Shown here piece after piece: positions 39,544 through 49,215 of a DNA stretch of 62,277 bases. The DNA comes from Candidatus Sabulitectum sp. (GTDB lineage: Bacteria; Fermentibacterota; Fermentibacteria; Fermentibacterales; JCC-6). Made by a program: the position numbers and the translations under genes. The stretch's first letter is position 1. The number at the start of each line of letters is the position of its first letter. The stretch is from assembly GCA_029938555.1 (NCBI GenBank), contig JAOZUR010000010.1, forward strand, positions 1 to 62,277, in the 5' to 3' direction. The notes beneath the pieces were generated by a model. It had not been told where the DNA came from and did not search any database. It saw nothing but the letters and a program-made list of their open reading frames with translations.

Positions 39544-41822
39544 CAAACACCCTCCTCACGCCATACAATAGAAGCAAGCTTATCCGACCATTCTTTCCTT
39601 AACGCTTCCAGATTTACAAACCATCCATTGCCTGATACGGAAGACTTGTTACACACTTTCCCTGCAACAGAAACAAACTCAGGAAGAGTAATATCCTCGA
39701 TAAAACGACCATCTACTTCCATTAAATATCCTGGAGTTTCGGAAAATAGCGTTACAGGATTTGAATCTAATGAGAACTCAATACCCAATTTCCCACTGGC
39801 CAAAGCCATTTCTGCACCGGCCACTGCAAGTCCACCAATGCTTATGTCATGGACAGAGAATGCCTTTCCATCATGAATTGTACTAAGAACCCAGTCTGCC
39901 ATTTTTTTCTCAAGAGCACCTTTAAAAACAGGAACAGTTCCCCCATGATGGTTTAAGCATGTCCGATAAAAAATACTACCACCAAGCTCATCCTTTCGTG
40001 TACCAATTAAAAGAATAAGATTACCTTCTTTTCTAAGAACAATATCTGTAGCCTTTCGGTGGTCATGTATCTTTCCGAAAACTGCAACAATAGGCGAAGG
40101 CGGAATTGCTTTGCCACCGATTGACTGATTGTAGAAGCTAACATTTCCTGATACTATTGGTAACGGAAAATCTCCACCACTAAATCCGAGTGTATTACAA
40201 CCTTCAGAGATTCCTGCAACAGCCTGTTTGAACTGCCAAAATGCCTTAGGGTCTTCCGGGTTTCCAAAATTCAGGCAATCAGTGGCACAAATGGGTGTTG
40301 CACCTGTAGCAACCACATTCCTTACTGCTTCACCAACAGCATGAGCCCCACCGAGGAATGGATCAAGTTCACCATACCATGGATTACCATCTCCGCTAAC
40401 AGCAAGTCCTACACGGGAGCCTTCAATGGGAACAGAAACACATGAATCAGCTTCTCCAGGCCGCAAACGGGTGACTCCTTGTACTTCTGAGTCATAATAA
40501 GACCATATGTGCTCGCGACTGCAACCTGAGACGGAAGTAAGAATTTTCACAAGATCAACGGAAGGATTGCATGGTCTGGAATCAGGTTCCACTATTTCGT
40601 TTTCAATAGGAAGTTCTTCCCGTTCATAAACAACACCTTCGGTAATGTAATTAATTGGCGTCTCGGCTGCATTTTCGCCTCTGCATACAACATTATACAT
40701 AGGCTTGGAAGTAAATTTTCCAATAACAGCAGCTCTGCAATTAGGAAATAGTCTAGGTAATTCAAATTTTTCATTATATATGTTTAGAACATCATCAATT
40801 ACAGTGGCCGGCACAGCAAGCCCATATCGTTCCTGAGTTTCACTGCATGCAATCACCTCTGGTGGAAGATTCTTGACAGATACAGGTACTGCATCAAGAT
40901 CCACATCAATTCCCAACCCTCCATGGGCCGCAAGCTCACTGGTAACACAGGCTATGCCTCCAGCACCAAGGTCTTTAAATCCGAATTCTACTTCTTTTTC
41001 AAAAAGCATATCAAGAACTGCCTGATTGGCTTCTGATAACACCCTTTTCAAAAATGGATCAGCCACTTGAACTGATCCCATACCCAACTCTCCATCAAGA
41101 TCAGCGCTTGCAAAAGTGGCGCCTCCAAAACCGGTACTATCTGTTGGTTTTCCTGTGAGGATCAAAACATAAGGTTCCTTATGGGCCTGCTCCGGAACAA
41201 AACTATGAACAATTCTGTCGTGTGGAACAACACCAAATGCCACCACATTCACAAGACAATTGTCATCATATCCTGGGTGAAATTCAGTATCACCACCCAT
41301 ATTGGGAACTCCAAGAGCATTTCCATACTTCCAGATACCCTCTACAACTCCCCTAACAATGCCTCGTGTAGTTTCGCCCTTCTTTCCCTGAGGGTCTCCA
41401 AAGCGAAGAAGATCCATGGAACCTGTTACCCTAGCACCCATACAGTAAACATCCCTGACAATACCGCCAATGCCAGTTGCCGCCCCTTCAACCGGTAAAA
41501 CCTGCGATGGATGATTATGACTTTCATGAGCCACAACCAAATCCCATTCTTTACCGTCCTGATGGCAAAAACTTACAACACCTGCATCTTCTCCAGGTCC
41601 AATTACAACACCTGGCGAATCTGTTGGAAGGGTCTTCAAAACAGATTTTGAACTTTTATATGAACAATGCTCACTCCACATGGTATCAAACAGATGAAAC
41701 TCAAGCGGTGTGGGCAGTCTATCCACATAACCAGCCAGCTTATCTGCCTCATCAGCAGTCATCGCTAACCCCCGTTTTGAAATCTCTTTCTTCAGCTCTT
41801 CTCTATCTGGTCTTTTTGACAT
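39543..41822 (-). CDS. purL: Phosphoribosylformylglycinamidine synthase subunit PurL
   Basis: WSEHCSYKSS, ESHNHPS, GAATGIGGIVRD, DLGAGG, SETQER, DCLNFGNP, SGNVSFYN. Confidence 0.97.
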   Translation of the reverse strand: MSKRPDREELKKEISKRGLAMTADEADKLAGYVDRLPTPLEFHLFDTMWSEHCSYKSSKSVLKTLPTDSPGVVIGPGEDAGVVSFCHQDGKEWDLVVAHESHNHPSQVLPVEGAATGIGGIVRDVYCMGARVTGSMDLLRFGDPQGKKGETTRGIVRGVVEGIWKYGNALGVPNMGGDTEFHPGYDDNCLVNVVAFGVVPHDRIVHSFVPEQAHKEPYVLILTGKPTDSTGFGGATFASADLDGELGMGSVQVADPFLKRVLSEANQAVLDMLFEKEVEFGFKDLGAGGIACVTSELAAHGGLGIDVDLDAVPVSVKNLPPEVIACSETQERYGLAVPATVIDDVLNIYNEKFELPRLFPNCRAAVIGKFTSKPMYNVVCRGENAAETPINYITEGVVYEREELPIENEIVEPDSRPCNPSVDLVKILTSVSGCSREHIWSYYDSEVQGVTRLRPGEADSCVSVPIEGSRVGLAVSGDGNPWYGELDPFLGGAHAVGEAVRNVVATGATPICATDCLNFGNPEDPKAFWQFKQAVAGISEGCNTLGFSGGDFPLPIVSGNVSFYNQSIGGKAIPPSPIVAVFGKIHDHRKATDIVLRKEGNLILLIGTRKDELGGSIFYRTCLNHHGGTVPVFKGALEKKMADWVLSTIHDGKAFSVHDISIGGLAVAGAEMALASGKLGIEFSLDSNPVTLFSETPGYLMEVDGRFIEDITLPEFVSVAGKVCNKSSVSGNGWFVNLEALRKEWSDKLASIVWREEGV

Positions 41823-41847
41823 AATACCTTCCTGTTCTTAATTCTGG

Positions 41848-43011
41848 CTATGTCTCATAATAACCTTCAAATTCTTTTGTTTCTTCCTGTTCTAATTTTT
41901 TAAGCAATTCATGGGTTTCATATCTCGATCCACCATTAACTTCAATACATTTCATGTGTACGGAACCCATGAGCGTACCGTTATTCAAAGTAAGCTGAGG
42001 TATTTCCCCTCCAAGTTTTCCCATAACCCAGTTCATACCTTCACTATCTGTTCCCGGCAGTAGAAGAAGAATTCTACTTATGGTTAATCTTAATCCAATA
42101 TCAATGTTCCGTAAGGATGAATGAATATACTCGCTAGCGACTTTCATAATATCTTTTGTATCATTATGCTTTTCATTCTCAGCAAACTTAAAATTAAGCT
42201 CTATAATCGCAAGATTACTTCCAAATCTTTCCACCCGTTCGAGCTCGTTATCAAGAACAAACTCAAGAGAATGTTTCCCCAAAAAACCAGTGTCAGGATC
42301 AAGAGTTGATGACCTGGCCAGTCGTTCAAGTTTTCTAACATTCTCAAGAGCAGCTGCACCAACCGCAGCAAGAGCCCGCAGAGTTTCCACCCGGAGAACT
42401 GAAGGTCCCTCAAAATCCCCTGCGGTAATAATACCGTACAGAATTCCCTCCACAAGCATTGGAGCAGCGTAATCAGGCTTAAAACCTGGAATATCACTCA
42501 TTATCATATTTCTACGGACCAGCACGCTCTCGTTTTCCAGATCCCCTCGAAACAACAGTCTACCTGTTTCCGCAGCCAGTCCAACAAAACCTTCACCAAG
42601 CCCTAAATTTATCTGTTCTTCTGGTTTATCTGTGAAACCGGACGAGCTTGCTAGGCACAGTCGGGCACCGGTTCTATCTGCAAGAAAAATAGATGTTTCT
42701 TCAGCTTTTAATAAACTTTGAGTTGCTCTGTTCAAAGATTTTACTACCTCGTCACTGTCTTTGCAAGTAAGTACTTTTTTTACAAGATCAGGAAAAAGTT
42801 TAATAAGATCACTTCCCCTTAACTGACCTTTCTCCAATCCCTGCACAGTGAGGCTTAATTTTGCAAGCTCGGTTGTAGCTCTTCTGGCAGCTCCCGTAAG
42901 AATTTTTGCCTCATCTGAAGTTGCAACTTCCTTTTTCCGCATAAGATTCTGAAAAATGAGAAAAACTGTGGCAGCGCCAAGTACAATACCTGTAACTAAT
43001 CCAATGAACAT
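41848..43011 (-). CDS. Membrane-anchored GAF domain protein with a degenerate GGDEF-like domain
   Basis: N-terminal TM; GAF (GEGFVGLAAETG, AAALEN); LDPDTG...ELERVER...LRNID...LLLP without the GGDEF motif. Confidence 0.75.
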   Translation of the reverse strand: MFIGLVTGIVLGAATVFLIFQNLMRKKEVATSDEAKILTGAARRATTELAKLSLTVQGLEKGQLRGSDLIKLFPDLVKKVLTCKDSDEVVKSLNRATQSLLKAEETSIFLADRTGARLCLASSSGFTDKPEEQINLGLGEGFVGLAAETGRLLFRGDLENESVLVRRNMIMSDIPGFKPDYAAPMLVEGILYGIITAGDFEGPSVLRVETLRALAAVGAAALENVRKLERLARSSTLDPDTGFLGKHSLEFVLDNELERVERFGSNLAIIELNFKFAENEKHNDTKDIMKVASEYIHSSLRNIDIGLRLTISRILLLLPGTDSEGMNWVMGKLGGEIPQLTLNNGTLMGSVHMKCIEVNGGSRYETHELLKKLEQEETKEFEGYYET

Positions 43012-43038
43012 AATTCTCCCTTCCAGTCAACTAGGTTA

Positions 43039-44334
43039 TTAGTTTAAGCCCAATCTACCTAAAATATAAGATTCATTTCGAAGATGATTATCAATGGTAC
43101 AGATACGACTCAGTTCCTGTTCAGGAACAACCCTTGTAATTTCGCCCTGCGAAAGAGCAGCGGCAGCAAATGATTCGCCATGTTCCATTGCATGCATTGC
43201 AATTTTTTGAACAAGGGCATAAGACTCTTCCCGTGTCAAACCATTTTTAGACATAGCCAGCATTATTCCCTGGGAGAAGTATCTGTCACCAGCTTTTTCT
43301 ACATTTTCTGCAACAGCATCTTTCATAATTCGTAAACCGGATGCTAGGTCTGCAGCTTTTTGAAGACCATAAAGAGTTACACCACAAGCATCTGGGAAAA
43401 TAAAACGTTCAGCTGCTGAATGGCTGATATCTCTTTCATGCCACAAAGCTGTATTTTCTAATCCGACCTGCAGATAACCACGAAGAAGACGGGCGAGACC
43501 ACACAATCGTTCGCCTACAATTGGATTTCTTTTATGAGGCATGGCGCTGGAGCCCTTTTGTCCTTTGCCGAATCTTTCTTCAACTTCGCCAACTTCCGTT
43601 CTCTGAAGATGTCTGCATTCAGTTGCAAATCTTTCCATAGCACCACCAATGGCTGCTAGAGCATAAAGAAATTCCGCGTGACGGTCTCTTGCCACCACCT
43701 GAGTGGGAACCTCTTCCACCGAAAGTCCGAGTTTTTCACAAACAAACTCTTCAACTGAAGGATCTAGGTATGCATAAGTACCAACAGCCCCTGAAATAGT
43801 ACCTACACAAGAAGAAGCCAGACTATTCTCAAGCCTTTTTAAGCACCTAAGATACTCAGAATAATGGCCTGCAAACTTTAGTGCCATAGTTGTTGGTTCC
43901 GCATTCATACCATGAGTTCTACCCATACAGACAATGCCTTTTGACCTTTGTACTAAACCCTTAAGAGCTTCCCCATAAGTAACAAGGGCTTGCTTGATCA
44001 AAACACCAGAGTCTCTGATCTGCATTGCAACGCATGTATCCAGAATGTCACTGGAAGTCATTCCGTAATGAATGAATCGACTTTCCAGACCAAGAGATTC
44101 GGAAACTGAAGTAAGGAAAGCAATCACATCATGTCTGGTAACAGCTTCTATTTCATTAACTCTTTGAGTATCAAAAGAAGCATTTTTTTTGATCTTTTCA
44201 AAATCCTCCACAGGAACCAGACCGGCTATGGTTCTGGCTTCAACTGCGAGAATTTCAATTTCTAACCATCTGGAATATCTGGCTTCAGTTGTCCATATCT
44301 GGGTCATTTCTGGAATTGCATATCTCTCTATCAT
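43039..44334 (-). CDS. purB: Adenylosuccinate lyase
   Basis: MIERY, TRHDVIAF, HYGMTSSD, GRTHG, GSSAMPHKRNP, WHERDISHS. Confidence 0.97.
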   Translation of the reverse strand: MIERYAIPEMTQIWTTEARYSRWLEIEILAVEARTIAGLVPVEDFEKIKKNASFDTQRVNEIEAVTRHDVIAFLTSVSESLGLESRFIHYGMTSSDILDTCVAMQIRDSGVLIKQALVTYGEALKGLVQRSKGIVCMGRTHGMNAEPTTMALKFAGHYSEYLRCLKRLENSLASSCVGTISGAVGTYAYLDPSVEEFVCEKLGLSVEEVPTQVVARDRHAEFLYALAAIGGAMERFATECRHLQRTEVGEVEERFGKGQKGSSAMPHKRNPIVGERLCGLARLLRGYLQVGLENTALWHERDISHSAAERFIFPDACGVTLYGLQKAADLASGLRIMKDAVAENVEKAGDRYFSQGIMLAMSKNGLTREESYALVQKIAMHAMEHGESFAAAALSQGEITRVVPEQELSRICTIDNHLRNESYILGRLGLN

Positions 44335-44347
44335 TTTAGCTCCTGAA

Positions 44348-44671
44348 CTAGTGGGGTAAAACCGCACCTGTAGTTAACCCGGCATAAATCCAGGCAAAAA
44401 GTGATTTATCGGGAATGTATACTTTGTACCAGTCAGTTGCCTCACCGGTTACCAATAAACTATCTCCGGAAAATACAGATCCCACAATTGCATACTGTGT
44501 TCCTGGGCCTTGTCTTAAATTTACATTTCTTCCTGCGACATAAACAGTCTGAAACGGATTTGAATTTGTTGCCGGTGATAAAACACTGGATTCTGCCCCC
44601 TGGGTGACAAGCGTGTTTCCACACCCGGAAATCAGCACAATAATTATTAAACTAAACAAAAAATATTTCAT
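44348..44671 (-). CDS. SH3b-domain lipoprotein
   Basis: Lipobox ISGC; VNLRQGPGTQY...DWYKV...AWIY. Confidence 0.85.
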   Translation of the reverse strand: MKYFLFSLIIIVLISGCGNTLVTQGAESSVLSPATNSNPFQTVYVAGRNVNLRQGPGTQYAIVGSVFSGDSLLVTGEATDWYKVYIPDKSLFAWIYAGLTTGAVLPH

Positions 44672-44679
44672 TAACCCTC

Positions 44680-46395
44680 TCAAAAACAGCAGAGCAAATA
44701 TGGAACTAAACCTGCTAGTGCCAAACTACTGTCAGCTATGACCCTAACGGACAATTCAGAAGGAAATGATTCCTTCTCAAGATAAATATAAGACAATATC
44801 AAAATAACAGGTGCAATTACAAAACCAGAAGCACACATTGGAAATTTACCTAATAAAACTGCAATAAGCTGCACAAGGCCACTTAAAACTGCTGATGTTA
44901 TCAAAATTTTTCTACACCTTGCTGCACCTAAATGCAACGGAAGCGTATCCATGCCCAATAAGGCATCTCCTTGCAAATCCACAAGATCAAGGAATAATGA
45001 TCTTCCAAAAAACAAAAAGGCTAAAGATGTTGGCCATACAAATAATTTCAAACTAAAATCTAGTCCAGCTAAAGATACTGCAGGCAAAATACAAACAAGA
45101 AAACTCCATGCTAAAGTAAACATGATTTCTCGAGAACCTGGGATTGCCCGAAGCAAATTAGAGAAATAATTTTTCCCTATCAAGGGCATGGCATAAAGCA
45201 AACAGAAAAGAGTGGCAATCGCAGTCCAGAATAACCATAATTTACCTAGATAAATAGATAAAACAACTGCTCCTAAAAAACTAAAACCAGCAAGAAAAAT
45301 CATTTTCCCTTCATTTGCTCTTATGAATTCCTGTCGTTTTTGACTTGTCATGGTTACCCGCCTGCATTCAAGAACAGCGGTAAAATTAGTAAATGACCAA
45401 AGAAGAAACCCAGCAGCAATTCCAGCAACTGCCCATTCTTCACCACCAAGAGTTTTGCCCTGTGCAAGTGTTATAACCAAGGCGATCAAAGGAATATGAA
45501 CACCACTGAATATCAGGCTTCTAAATACTCTGCGTAGCCGACCGGCCCCTGTTGATTCTCCTTGTATTTCAAGCAACCGCTCTCGAACCTTTCTTATGCT
45601 CCAGCCAGGAGTGGAAGCACCGGCGGATAACAGAACTCGACGATACTTCACAATAATATCTGCATCAAGTTCATCTTGACTCTCTATTTTAAATACAGGC
45701 AGCCCCGTTTCCCCAGCAATTAATGCAAGCCTTTGGGTATTAGCACTGTGTCTTCCGCCAACAATCACAACAGCATCAGCTTTGTCGAGTAATTCCCTGA
45801 GTTCTTTCTGCCTTCTGGCAGTAGAGTCACAAATTGTATTGGAAGACTCTATCGCAGGCCATCGCTTCTTCAGAATAGAAAGTATCTCAGATAAGGTAAT
45901 GCTGTTTTGTGTTGTCTGGGACAACAAAAATGGTTTTTTAAGTTCTGGTAAATTAAGAGCATCTTCCACAGACGAAATAACTCTACCTGAAGTACCAGCT
46001 GATGAAAGAATTGCTTTTACTTCATGATGGCCAGAATCACCAAAAATAATAACATCATAACCTTTTTTTGACATTTTAGTTGCAATTGAAAGAGCTCTTC
46101 CAACTCTTGGACATGTAAGATCCCGTAAGTTCAAAGGAAGTTTTCTTAATCGATTTCGTTCTTCAACTGTAACACCGTGGGTTCTTAAAAAAAGTGTACC
46201 ACCAGACTCATCCCATGGTTCATGGGATGTGGCAACTCCTCTGTCTTTTAAGGCCTTCAATACTTGAGGATTGTGTACAAGGGGGCCATAAACACGAAAT
46301 GGACCCTGCCCCTTCTTGATTTCAGTAACAACGCTGTCAACAGCCCTGCGCACTCCCCAGCAGAAACCTGCGGTCTTTGCAACAATTACACTCAT
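44680..46395 (-). CDS. ispH: 4-hydroxy-3-methylbut-2-enyl diphosphate reductase fused to a UbiA-like prenyltransferase domain
   Basis: AGFCWGV, GPLVHN, RTHG, DLTCP, SQTT, NTICD, GGRHSANT, AGASTP; then multi-TM region with DLVDLQGD..LG.DTLP. Confidence 0.9.
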   Translation of the reverse strand: MSVIVAKTAGFCWGVRRAVDSVVTEIKKGQGPFRVYGPLVHNPQVLKALKDRGVATSHEPWDESGGTLFLRTHGVTVEERNRLRKLPLNLRDLTCPRVGRALSIATKMSKKGYDVIIFGDSGHHEVKAILSSAGTSGRVISSVEDALNLPELKKPFLLSQTTQNSITLSEILSILKKRWPAIESSNTICDSTARRQKELRELLDKADAVVIVGGRHSANTQRLALIAGETGLPVFKIESQDELDADIIVKYRRVLLSAGASTPGWSIRKVRERLLEIQGESTGAGRLRRVFRSLIFSGVHIPLIALVITLAQGKTLGGEEWAVAGIAAGFLLWSFTNFTAVLECRRVTMTSQKRQEFIRANEGKMIFLAGFSFLGAVVLSIYLGKLWLFWTAIATLFCLLYAMPLIGKNYFSNLLRAIPGSREIMFTLAWSFLVCILPAVSLAGLDFSLKLFVWPTSLAFLFFGRSLFLDLVDLQGDALLGMDTLPLHLGAARCRKILITSAVLSGLVQLIAVLLGKFPMCASGFVIAPVILILSYIYLEKESFPSELSVRVIADSSLALAGLVPYLLCCF

Positions 46396-46477
46396 AAGGG
46401 TAAGATACAAAAAAAACAGGTGTTTCCGTTAACCTTATCAAAAAAAGATTTTTATGAATATCACCTATAACTAAGAA

Positions 46478-46501
46478 GGCCGGCCTCAGAAGAGACCGGC
46501 C
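46478..46501 (-). terminator. GC-rich terminator-like hairpin after the 46533-47135 gene
   Basis: Minus strand GGCCGGTCTC-TTCT-GAGGCCGGCC followed by TTCTTAGTT. Confidence 0.65.
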
Positions 46502-46532
46502 AAAAACAATTCGCTATACTTCAGTCAGTTGA

Positions 46533-47135
46533 CTAAAATGTTGCCTTGAGTGAACCCCATGTGGTGTTATCAAGAGCAGCAGCTGGAATAGTAGCAAGAG
46601 CGGAGATAAAGTAATCACCAGTCCATGGTTCCCAAATGATGAAATCATCACTGAAGAAACTATGACCACTGTTGGCTACATCACCGAGAATTGCTGGCCA
46701 TCCACCGGCACTCATCTCTGTGTTCTGGAATCCCCAGAAGTTACCTTCTGCTACGATTGGTGTAGCATAAGAAATGATCTGTGGAGCATAATGAATAGCA
46801 GTGATCATGGTCTGATCAAGCTGTGTCACTGGTGCCATTGCATCGCCATTCCAAAGTTCGATATAGGTATCGGAAGTATCCCATGGGTAGCTACTGTGGT
46901 GGTAGAACCAGAATTCAAGTTCTTCAACTGCTGCGCTGGTTTCACCTGGAACGAAGTCCTCAGTGTTGAACCATACGCCTCTGTACATTCCACCCCAAGT
47001 GAGCCACTGTGCGGTTCCATCATCATACACGAGCCAATCAGCATCTGTTCTCTGGATAGGATCGAGATTAACTGCGACCTGTCCTGCGAAAGCTGCCAAT
47101 GAAAGTACAGCAAGAATTGCTATTACGTTCTTCAT
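46533..47135 (-). CDS. Secreted hypothetical protein with a C-terminal TWGSLKATF tail
   Basis: Signal peptide MKNVIAILAVLSLAAFA; YDDG motif; Trp/Asp-rich; AAGGAG SD; own downstream hairpin. Confidence 0.85.
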   Translation of the reverse strand: MKNVIAILAVLSLAAFAGQVAVNLDPIQRTDADWLVYDDGTAQWLTWGGMYRGVWFNTEDFVPGETSAAVEELEFWFYHHSSYPWDTSDTYIELWNGDAMAPVTQLDQTMITAIHYAPQIISYATPIVAEGNFWGFQNTEMSAGGWPAILGDVANSGHSFFSDDFIIWEPWTGDYFISALATIPAAALDNTTWGSLKATF

Positions 47136-47242
47136 GACTCTCCTTTCTTTTAAGTTTGAGTAACACGAACCCCTTTAGTTTTCAACATCACGCAAGAAAC
47201 ATTCTGCTTATTTTCAATCATGTCAAGTACCCGACCATTACC

Positions 47243-49213
47243 CTATTTCTCATGTAGTAACTTCTTCAATATATCACGATACCGAGCAGCCTCTTCAAAT
47301 TCAAGATGTTTTGAAGCCTGCATCATTTTCGTTTCTATTTCAGTTATTCTGTCCACAGTGTAAGTCTCAGCCATTTCCGCAGCTAGAAGGCTTTTCTTTT
47401 TACCCATGATATCAGCAATGCCTGTTGATCTTATTATTTCTTCCCTACTTTTTACAATTGTAGTGGGTTTAATACCATGGGTTTTGTTATAAGCCATCTG
47501 TATCTCACGGCGGCGTGCTGTTTCATCCAGAGCATATTTCATGGAAGCTGTTATCTTGTCCCCATAAAAAATCACTTTACCTACATTGTTTCTAGCAGCC
47601 CTGCCGGCAGTTTGTACAAGACTTGTTCTTGATCTTAAGAATCCTTCTTTATCTGCATCCATCACAGCCACCAGAGTAACTTCAGGCAGATCCAAGCCTT
47701 CCCTTAACAGGTTAACTCCAACAAGAACGTCAAACTCAGCAAGCCTCAATTCTCTCAGTATAGAAACCCTTTCAAGCGCATCTATCTCACTATGGATATA
47801 ATTTGTTCTGAAATCTAATCTTCTAAGATAATCTGTAAGCTCTTCAGCCATTTTTTTTGTAAGAGTTGTGATCAGTACCCTTCCAGATTTCTCGGTTGCA
47901 GATCTAACCTGTTCAACTAGATCATCCACCTGACCGGTGGCAGGTTTAACTTCAATAACAGGATCTATCAACCCTGTTGGTCGAACTATCTGCTCAACAA
48001 TATTTGTAGAAATATCCAGTTCATAATCAGCTGGAGTAGCTGACATACAAATCTTTCTTCCGGTAATTGCCGTAAACTCTTCCAAAAAAAGTGGTCGATT
48101 ATCAAGAGCTGAAGGCAATCGAAAACCATAATTTACCAAAGTTTGTTTCCTTGATCGATCTCCTTTAAACATTCCTCTGATCTGAGGGAGAGTACGGTGA
48201 CTCTCATCCACAAAAACAAGATAATCATCAGGGAAATAATCAAGCAAACAGGATGGGCGTTCACCAGGTTTTCTATCACCAATAACTCTACTGTAATTTT
48301 CAATGCCAGAGCAGTAACCGGTCTCACCCATCATCTCCAGGTCAAAATTAGTTCTTGATTCAAGACGATGCGCCTCAAGCATTTTACCTGCTGCTCGCAA
48401 TTCTAGCAGTCTATCCTCAAGTTCTCTACTGATTCTACCCATGGCGAGATTAAGCTTTCTCTCACCTGTAACAAAATGCCTTGCTGGAAAAATCATGGTT
48501 CTTTCGAGAGTACTCATAACACTACCGGTAAGATGATCTACCTGTTTGATACTTTCCACAAAGTCACCAAAAAACTCAATTCGAATACCTGTGCTTGCAT
48601 ACGAAGGAACCATATCAACTACATCACCATTCACCCGAAAATGACCACGAGTAAGTGTCAAATCATTCCGTCTGTACTGCATTCCTATCAATTTCATTAG
48701 AAGCTTATCTCTGGATAAAGTGGTTCCAGCAACTATATTGAATCCAGTGTCCATAAAATCCTTGGGGGCTCCAAGTCCATACAAACAGCTCACAGAAGCA
48801 ACCACAATTACATCACTTCTGCTGAGTAAACTGGCTGTTGTCCGTAGTCGCAACCTGTCCAGCTCTTCATTTAAACTGGCATCTTTTTCGATAAACATGT
48901 CTCGGGCTGGTATGTATGCTTCAGGTTGATAGTAGTCATAATAACTTACAAAATACTCAACGGCATTATCTGGGAAAAAACCTGATAACTCCCCGAAAAG
49001 CTGTGCAGCAAGGGTTTTGTTGTGACAAATAACAAGAGAAGGCAAATTCATTTTCTCAATAACATTTGCCATGGTAAATGTTTTTCCAGAACCTGTCACC
49101 CCAAGAAGTGTCTGCCACTGAGCTTTTTTATTCAAACCATCAATCAAACCCTTAATAGCCCCTGGTTGATCTCCCGAAGGGCTATAAGGGGCTTGTAAAG
49201 AAAACCCAGACAG
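47243..49213 (-). CDS. uvrB: Excinuclease ABC subunit B; probable CTG start
   Basis: GVTGSGKT, HNKTLAAQL, YYDYYQPEAY, DESH, LLREGLD, C-terminal UVR domain; conserved F.L..PY.PSGDQP.AI lies upstream of the ORF-track start. Confidence 0.96.
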   Translation of the reverse strand: MSGFSLQAPYSPSGDQPGAIKGLIDGLNKKAQWQTLLGVTGSGKTFTMANVIEKMNLPSLVICHNKTLAAQLFGELSGFFPDNAVEYFVSYYDYYQPEAYIPARDMFIEKDASLNEELDRLRLRTTASLLSRSDVIVVASVSCLYGLGAPKDFMDTGFNIVAGTTLSRDKLLMKLIGMQYRRNDLTLTRGHFRVNGDVVDMVPSYASTGIRIEFFGDFVESIKQVDHLTGSVMSTLERTMIFPARHFVTGERKLNLAMGRISRELEDRLLELRAAGKMLEAHRLESRTNFDLEMMGETGYCSGIENYSRVIGDRKPGERPSCLLDYFPDDYLVFVDESHRTLPQIRGMFKGDRSRKQTLVNYGFRLPSALDNRPLFLEEFTAITGRKICMSATPADYELDISTNIVEQIVRPTGLIDPVIEVKPATGQVDDLVEQVRSATEKSGRVLITTLTKKMAEELTDYLRRLDFRTNYIHSEIDALERVSILRELRLAEFDVLVGVNLLREGLDLPEVTLVAVMDADKEGFLRSRTSLVQTAGRAARNNVGKVIFYGDKITASMKYALDETARRREIQMAYNKTHGIKPTTIVKSREEIIRSTGIADIMGKKKSLLAAEMAETYTVDRITEIETKMMQASKHLEFEEAARYRDILKKLLHEK

Positions 49214-49215
49214 AA

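Noticed and set aside
46662-47163. Alternative overlapping ORFs 46662..47102 (+), 46826..47113 (-) and 46963..47163 (+)
   Set aside because: The 46533..47135 frame has the SD, signal peptide and tail motif; the others are shadows.
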